DNA of 64,000 nucleotides from Candidatus Poribacteria bacterium (GTDB lineage Bacteria; Poribacteria; WGA-4E; PCPOR2b): NCBI GenBank assembly GCA_965208675.1, contig OZ242351.1, positions 3,904,001 to 3,968,000 of the forward strand, read 5' to 3'. Shown piece by piece: positions 58,026 to 64,000 of this stretch (position 1 is its first letter; each line of letters starts with the position of its first letter). The notes under the pieces were generated by a model. It saw only the letters and a program-made list of their open reading frames with translations, ran no database searches and was not told where the DNA came from. The position numbers and the translations under genes were made by a program.

Positions 58026-60347
58026 TTAGATTCCAACATTCATTTTACCCTTCGCCCAATCACAGCGTTCAATCCATTCCCTTGCGTTGTAAATTATGCC
58101 AAGCGGCACATTGTCCTTCGCCGCAATCCGCTGAAATTGTTCGATTGCTAAGTCGTAGTGTCCAAGGCGGTACGAGTTTACACCAATCAACCGCACATTT
58201 TCGATTTCTAAACTCTGGTGTGGTAGTCCCAAAGTGATTGCTTTAAAACGGTAGCGGTTTGAGGCAACGTACTTTTGGACTAATTCGAGTTGTCTTGCAA
58301 TCAGATAGTGTGGCAGCCCCCACTCCGGTAGTTCATTAATAACTTCGTGAAGTAGTGCCTCCTTGAGTTGGGGTGATGACTGCGAGATTAGAACCTGCTT
58401 CAGTTTGTTCCTAACACCAACAAAATCCAACGCTAGTATAGCCAACTTGGCTTGAACATCCCAATCGCGGGAATGCGAAGCGTCAAGCGCAAACACTTGT
58501 TGGTAATGTGAAATTGCCTGATTACGCCTTCCTTGCTGCCAATGAACATTCCCCTCAACATTTTTCGCTTCTGCAATCTGCTTGACACTCGCGTCGGGAT
58601 GTGTACTGATCGTCGTTGTTAATTCCAACGTCTCACGGTAATCGCCCATATGATAGTGTGTATTCATCAACGCCAGCAGATTTGACAGGTTATCGGGATC
58701 TAATTTAAAAATTTCCTTGGACAAAGGTAATGCAGCGGCAAAATTGGATTCGCCGCTTGCCGTGTTTGCACGTATAGATAGTTCGGCAATCTTGTGCGCA
58801 CACACTTTTTGGAAAATGCTCGGAAATTTGAAATGTCCCTTCGCCGCCGCCAAATCGTCTTCGGTTAAAGGTACACTCTCTAGAAAGTTTTTCCATTCTT
58901 TAACTAAATTGTCCAAAGTTTTTCCGTAGGTTTGCTCAAAATTGCCCGTTGGAAAAACCTCTTTGAATTTTTCCATACCGTAAGTATCGGCAAGAAAACG
59001 CACGAAAGAACCAGCCAAGATATAGCTTCGTGATGATGCTTCTTTCCAGAACCCCAGTCCCATAATTTGTTGTATCTCTGGCGCAATTTTTAATTGGTGC
59101 ATGGCTTTGCTGCGCTGGTGCGGCGTAAGCTGCTCAGTATTCCAAGCTGCTGCGACGGCGATTCCCTCATGCAAACCCGGCTTGAGGCTAACTTTTAGCA
59201 GCGGATGCCAATCTGCTGTAAACGCGTGTGCCAATTCATGTTTCATAACGGGATGCGGGAATTCCTTGTAGTTAATGTGGAAGCCGCCTCCATATGGGTC
59301 TTGCATTGATGTTTCCCGAGCGCCAATAAGTTGTTTTTTCTGGTCAGGCGATGTGTATATATAAGATCGGATTTTCTTTGAGGGTTGAATCTGGAAGTAT
59401 GCAGACAGTTGCGCATGGCGAAACTCATGATCGTGTGCAATCCACTCAATGTCCTGTTCAACTCTAGAGCCTTTCTCGTAATACAGCTTGAAGTGTTCAG
59501 TCTCTTTCATACCGCCCAGCCTTTTTTCGATGTAACTCCGGGTTGGACGAAGACCGAGTTCACTGTGGTGTAGATAGATTGACACAAATGCCGCAATCAT
59601 CGCAGCTAGACAAAGGCGGCTCATCAGGCTGCTAAATTTAATCTCGAAACGATAGAGATTTCGGAGGCGCAGCTTCAGCGGAGATTCAGATCCTTCCTTG
59701 ACCGGTAACATGCCAACTGCCAATAGCAAAAAGATTCCAGTCAACACAAGCGCTGTGCCGCGGGCTAAAATGAGCGTTCCGGAAGTTGGAATGTATTCAT
59801 CGTAGATTGGGCCCGGGAAATAACCGAAGGTCGAATGATAACCAAAGACAGGAGGGTGAAAAACGAGATTGTGAAGCAGTGGCAGGAGGGTAGCGAAGAT
59901 ATAAACGAGATAAATGAGATAAGCGCTCCAGCGCTTCTTTAACCACAATCCGAAAAACACGCCTGCTCCGGTCGAATACGCACAACTAATAACCGGCAGG
60001 AGAAAAAAGAAAATACCGCCGACTAAAAAATCGCAATTTTTGATATTGAGTGCATTCAGCAGTATAATAATTAGTGGAGGGATTAGCAAAAGTACATTAG
60101 CGAAGAACGATTTGCCGAATAGCCTAACTACGGCTTGGAAGGAAGTTGCCTTGAGATTTGTCGATCCATTTCTGAGATGCTTCACGCATGTTGCGGCGAT
60201 GTGCGCCCCCGCAAACGAGATGGCAATTGCGAGGATGGCGCAAAACTCGAATGCCAACACGTTCACCAGCGGTATTCGCGCTAAAACCATCCCAAGGATA
60301 ACGAATAACGCAAACCAGATCCAATAAGTAATGGATTTGAAAATCAT
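58026..60347 (-). CDS. Membrane protein with an HExxH gluzincin-like domain and C-terminal TPR repeats
   Basis: About seven N-terminal TM helices, ETEHF, KHELAH...LHEGIA and TPR-like helices. Confidence 0.72.
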   Translation of the reverse strand: MIFKSITYWIWFALFVILGMVLARIPLVNVLAFEFCAILAIAISFAGAHIAATCVKHLRNGSTNLKATSFQAVVRLFGKSFFANVLLLIPPLIIILLNALNIKNCDFLVGGIFFFLLPVISCAYSTGAGVFFGLWLKKRWSAYLIYLVYIFATLLPLLHNLVFHPPVFGYHSTFGYFPGPIYDEYIPTSGTLILARGTALVLTGIFLLLAVGMLPVKEGSESPLKLRLRNLYRFEIKFSSLMSRLCLAAMIAAFVSIYLHHSELGLRPTRSYIEKRLGGMKETEHFKLYYEKGSRVEQDIEWIAHDHEFRHAQLSAYFQIQPSKKIRSYIYTSPDQKKQLIGARETSMQDPYGGGFHINYKEFPHPVMKHELAHAFTADWHPLLKVSLKPGLHEGIAVAAAWNTEQLTPHQRSKAMHQLKIAPEIQQIMGLGFWKEASSRSYILAGSFVRFLADTYGMEKFKEVFPTGNFEQTYGKTLDNLVKEWKNFLESVPLTEDDLAAAKGHFKFPSIFQKVCAHKIAELSIRANTASGESNFAAALPLSKEIFKLDPDNLSNLLALMNTHYHMGDYRETLELTTTISTHPDASVKQIAEAKNVEGNVHWQQGRRNQAISHYQQVFALDASHSRDWDVQAKLAILALDFVGVRNKLKQVLISQSSPQLKEALLHEVINELPEWGLPHYLIARQLELVQKYVASNRYRFKAITLGLPHQSLEIENVRLIGVNSYRLGHYDLAIEQFQRIAAKDNVPLGIIYNAREWIERCDWAKGKMNVGI

Positions 60348-60492
60348 AGATGGGTGCCAATGCTTCGATAGCTACGATTTCGTTATGACCGATTCAAATC
60401 ATGATGAAATTTCACCGAGTAGTTTACTCCTCTACGAAATTTATTATACGCTAATTAGACATAAAGATCTAGTAGAATTGAACTGTAGGTAT

Positions 60493-60521
60493 TTGACTCG
60501 GAGGCAAGAAGGTGTTATAAT
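60493..60521 (+). promoter_or_regulatory. Putative sigma70 promoter for trpBA
   Basis: TTGACT-N17-TATAAT with an extended -10 TG. Confidence 0.65.
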
Positions 60522-60663
60522 ACCGCTTTGGGTCAGTAACAAAAAAACACGGTAACAGACTTAGCATTGGTGGGTATCGATTGGAATAGTCCTATTTGTC
60601 GGATGGTTTTGAAGGCTTGCTTATAGACCTCTAAAGGTAATTAATCGTAAAGGAGAAATTACA

Positions 60664-61851
60664 TTGGTTCAAAACTTACCTGATGTCGCAGGGCATTTCG
60701 GTGAATTTGGCGGCAGATTTGTCCCTGAAACTTTGATGTCAGCTTTGTTGGAACTTGAGGACGCTTACGCAGACTTGAAAGAAAATGAGGATTTTCAGAA
60801 GGAGTTTGAATATCATCTCAGTGAATATGTCGGTCGGCCAAACCCGCTTTATTACGCTGAGCGTTTAACGGAAGCACTAGGCGGCGCCAAAATCTATCTT
60901 AAGCGTGAAGATCTCAATCACACCGGTGCACACAAGATTAACAACACCATTGGGCAAATTTTGCTTGCGCGGCGCATGGGCAAGAAACGGATTATCGCTG
61001 AGACGGGGGCGGGACAACATGGCGTTGCAACGGCGACTGTTACAGCCAAGTTTAATATAGAATGCGAAATTTTCATGGGCGAAGAGGACATCGAACGGCA
61101 AGCCCTGAATGTTTTTCGTATGCAGCTTTTGGGAGCAACCGTTACGCCTGTTTCTTCCGGTTCTCGCACCCTCAAGGATGCCATCAACGCCGCATTCCGA
61201 GATTGGGTGACCAATGTAAGGACAACCCATCTCCTAATTGGTTCTGTTGTGGGTGCACATCCATACCCCATGATTGTTCGAGATTTCCAATCTGTAATTG
61301 GCAAAGAAACCAGAGCCCAGATCCTTGAAAAAGAAGGGCGGTTGCCAGATTGTATAGTCGCTTGCGTCGGCGGCGGGAGTAACTCAATTGGCATGTTTCA
61401 TCCGTTTTACGCTGATTCATCCGTGAAGCTAGTCGGTGTTGAAGCCGCAGGTGAAAGCATCCTCAGCGGAAAGCACGCCGCTCCGCTCTGCGCGGGCAGC
61501 ATAGGCGTGTTTCATGGCGCCAAATGCTATCTGTTACAGGAAGATGACGGTCAGATTACCCCCGCACACTCAATTTCAGCTGGACTAGATTATCCAGGTG
61601 TTGGTCCCGAACATAGCTACTACAGAGCCACCGGACGCGCCGAATATGTCTCCATTTCGGATGAGGAGGCAGTGGAAGGCTTTAAACTGCTATCGGAATC
61701 GGAAGGCATCATTCCGGCGCTTGAAGCCGCCCACGCCATCGCCTACGTCCGCGAACTTGCGCCAAAAATGGATCGCGATGCAATTATCGTTTTGTGCCTT
61801 TCAGGACGTGGTGATAAAGATGTATACACCATTATTCCTAACCCGATGTAG
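60664..61851 (+). CDS. trpB: Tryptophan synthase beta chain
   Basis: [31 protein letters not shown] and [13 protein letters not shown] motifs. Confidence 0.98.
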   Translation: MVQNLPDVAGHFGEFGGRFVPETLMSALLELEDAYADLKENEDFQKEFEYHLSEYVGRPNPLYYAERLTEALGGAKIYLKREDLNHTGAHKINNTIGQILLARRMGKKRIIAETGAGQHGVATATVTAKFNIECEIFMGEEDIERQALNVFRMQLLGATVTPVSSGSRTLKDAINAAFRDWVTNVRTTHLLIGSVVGAHPYPMIVRDFQSVIGKETRAQILEKEGRLPDCIVACVGGGSNSIGMFHPFYADSSVKLVGVEAAGESILSGKHAAPLCAGSIGVFHGAKCYLLQEDDGQITPAHSISAGLDYPGVGPEHSYYRATGRAEYVSISDEEAVEGFKLLSESEGIIPALEAAHAIAYVRELAPKMDRDAIIVLCLSGRGDKDVYTIIPNPM

Positions 61852-61946
61852 GCAGGGCATCTTGCCCCGCATTCGCTATAAAACGTCAATAAAAAAATCA
61901 CGTCGTTCAACTGTGTAGGCTAATCACGTTAAAGGAAAATTCAATT

Positions 61947-62753
61947 TTGAATCGAATTACGGCGAAGTTTGAGGAATTACGCCAAATTGGCAAAAGTGCC
62001 TTCATGCCTTATATTTGTGCGGGAGATCCAACACCCGAATTAAGTCGTAAACTCTTCAAAGCGCTCGAAGAAGCAGGAGCGGATCTCATCGAATTTGGCG
62101 TGCCATTTTCTGACCCTATCGCCGACGGGCCGACAATCCAGAAGGCGAGCGAACGCGCTTTAACCCACCGAATCTCGCTTCGGCAAATCCTTGGCCTCGT
62201 ACGCGAACTCCGTGCAGAATCACAAATTCCAATCGCACTCATGACTTACTACAACCCAATCTTTCGGATGGGAGAGGGAAGATTTTGTGCTGAAGCCGCG
62301 GAGGCAGGGATAGATGGAGTCATAATTCCAGACCTTCCGCTGGAAGAGGCGGAATCCCTATTGGAAATGGCGTCAAAATTCAATCTCGCCGCAATTCTCC
62401 TTGTAACACCGACCAGTCCACCGGAACGGATTCGCCGCATTGCGTCGGTTAGTACAGGCTTCATCTACTGTGTCTCAGTGACCGGCGTAACCGGCGCGCG
62501 GGAAGCACTCTCAGAGGAAATTCGACCCATTTTGACGCAACTGCGAAAACACACCGACAAACCGGTTTGCGTCGGATTTGGCATTTCGACGCGTGAACAA
62601 GCGCATACAGTTGCACAAATGGCGGATGGGGTCATCGTTGCCAGCGCTATTATTAACATCATTGAAAGCCATCTGGACGATGACGCGAAAATCGTGTCGA
62701 ATGCGCGGGAATTTGCGGAAGAATTAGCAAAAGGGGTGAAAGGAGAAATTTGA
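61947..62753 (+). CDS. trpA: Tryptophan synthase alpha chain
   Basis: GVPFSDPIADGPTIQ, MTYYNP, GVTGAR and VGFGIS motifs. Confidence 0.98.
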   Translation: MNRITAKFEELRQIGKSAFMPYICAGDPTPELSRKLFKALEEAGADLIEFGVPFSDPIADGPTIQKASERALTHRISLRQILGLVRELRAESQIPIALMTYYNPIFRMGEGRFCAEAAEAGIDGVIIPDLPLEEAESLLEMASKFNLAAILLVTPTSPPERIRRIASVSTGFIYCVSVTGVTGAREALSEEIRPILTQLRKHTDKPVCVGFGISTREQAHTVAQMADGVIVASAIINIIESHLDDDAKIVSNAREFAEELAKGVKGEI

Positions 62754-62870
62754 AACAAAAACTGGTTTTTCCAACCCTAATGATAAGAAACCGTTTTTTA
62801 ACCCTTTAAAGTCCAAAGGTTGTGCACCAGAACACGGTTCAACGCGCCAAAATCAAGAGGAAAAAAAATA

Positions 62871-63332
62871 ATGAAAATCGAAAAACGGCTTGAAGAACTT
62901 GGAATTATCTTGCCGCCGCCTGCAACACCCGTGGCAAATTACATCATGGCTACGCAGACGGGAAACATAATGTTTACGTCAGGGCACGGTCCCGGTGAAG
63001 GCGAAGGCAAAATTTATAAAGGCCAGCTTGGAACTGACTTGACGGTTGAGCTTGGTTATCAATCTGCTAGGCAAGTTGGGTTAGGCATCATCAGCACACT
63101 CAAACACGCGCTCGGCGATCTGGATCGGGTTAAACGAATTTTGAAAGTGTTAGGATTTGTCAATTCGGCGAGCACTTTTACCGATCAGCCCGCTGTCATC
63201 AACGGCGCATCAGATCTATTCGTGGAAGTATTTGGCGATAAGGGAAAACATGCCCGTTCAGCGGTCGGAATGGTACAGTTGCCTGGCGGCATCCCCGTTG
63301 AAATCGAGATGGTTGTGGAGATTGAAAGATAG
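62871..63332 (+). CDS. RidA/YjgF family protein
   Basis: PVANY, NGASDL, HARSAVG and VEIE motifs. Confidence 0.92.
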   Translation: MKIEKRLEELGIILPPPATPVANYIMATQTGNIMFTSGHGPGEGEGKIYKGQLGTDLTVELGYQSARQVGLGIISTLKHALGDLDRVKRILKVLGFVNSASTFTDQPAVINGASDLFVEVFGDKGKHARSAVGMVQLPGGIPVEIEMVVEIER

Positions 63333-63369
63333 GAATTTATTGGACGCGTATCCGTGGCCGTCGCGATTT

Positions 63370-64000
63370 TTATGCCCGAATGATCGCGAGTACGTCGTCT
63401 CGCTTCTGCTCCATTAACGTCGTTGATTTGGCTTCTAGGTTAAGGCGTAACAGTGGTTCAGTGTTGGATGGGCGCACGTTACAGTGCCAGTCGTCAAAGG
63501 TAATTGAAACGCCGTCCAACCATTCGACTTTTCCGCCCTTGCCAAAAACCCGAACAATCTCCTTTAATTTCTCCTTTGCATCGCTTGAAATGCGAGAATT
63601 GATTTCGCCAGAGATGAAATAGGTTGATTCTAAAGGTTTAATTAGTTTGGAGAGTTTCGTTCCCTTTTTAGAAAGCATCTCTAAAACTACGAGAGACGGT
63701 AAAATTCCGGAATCGGCGCAAAAGAAATCTCTAAAGTAATAATGGCCTGTTACCTCTCCGCCAAAGACAGCGTTTTCTTTTGCCATTCGGTTTTTCATGA
63801 ATGCGTGTCCTACGCGCTCCATTACGGGCGTCCCCCCAGCTGCAGTGATGAGGTCGGGTACTGCCCATGAAGAGCGGACATCGTACAGAATTTTGCATCC
63901 CGGGGATTTGTCCAGAAGGTATTGCCCCATTAGCGCGGTTATGAAATCGCCGGACACAAATGCGCCTCGGTCATCAATAGCGAAGAATCGGTCGCCGTCT
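63370..64000 (-). CDS. Phosphomannomutase/phosphoglucomutase, C-terminal part (runs off the window end)
   Basis: DGDRFF at the window edge, GGEVTGHYYF and NVRPSNTEPLLRLNLE motifs. Confidence 0.93.
   Translation of the reverse strand, partial: DGDRFFAIDDRGAFVSGDFITALMGQYLLDKSPGCKILYDVRSSWAVPDLITAAGGTPVMERVGHAFMKNRMAKENAVFGGEVTGHYYFRDFFCADSGILPSLVVLEMLSKKGTKLSKLIKPLESTYFISGEINSRISSDAKEKLKEIVRVFGKGGKVEWLDGVSITFDDWHCNVRPSNTEPLLRLNLEAKSTTLMEQKRDDVLAIIRA

Noticed and set aside
60530-60663. trp attenuator or T-box leader upstream of trpB
   Set aside because: No Trp-codon leader peptide, T-box consensus or clear terminator hairpin was seen.

Overview
Bacterial genomic window from a diderm organism (kdsA/kdsC and an LptD-like gene are present). 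The gene style is reminiscent of Candidatus Poribacteria or PVC-like lineages, but that is only an impression. Positions 1-32 kb are mostly housekeeping and envelope genes: mfd, three SurA/PrsA-like chaperones, an LptD-like barrel with parvulin domains inserted into it, recX, a CDF transporter, a KdsC-KdsA fusion and DUF1611. Positions ~32.2-46 kb form a partly AT-rich, all-minus-strand island that is the most interesting part. In transcription order it holds: a truncated sigma54 activator, enhancer palindromes and a -24/-12 promoter; a UshA-like/thioredoxin/CcdA fusion; a small protein with a Sec signal, a double-glycine leader and a 12-Cys core; a secreted, ABC-less C39 peptidase with Ig-like domains; two duplicated coiled-coil genes (one clipped by an IS3 element); an FGE-domain lipoprotein; a GT-C glycosyltransferase; a GspC-like protein; and a GT2 pseudogene. 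I interpret this as a candidate extracytoplasmic maturation system for a disulfide-rich protein or peptide, showing signs of decay. Positions 46-64 kb hold a catabolic enzyme cluster, REP-like repeats, a DMT transporter, a GH108-like muramidase, a TPR/HExxH membrane protein, trpBA, ridA and a partial phosphomannomutase. No rRNA, tRNA or CRISPR array was seen. All family calls come from motif recognition by eye, not from database searches.
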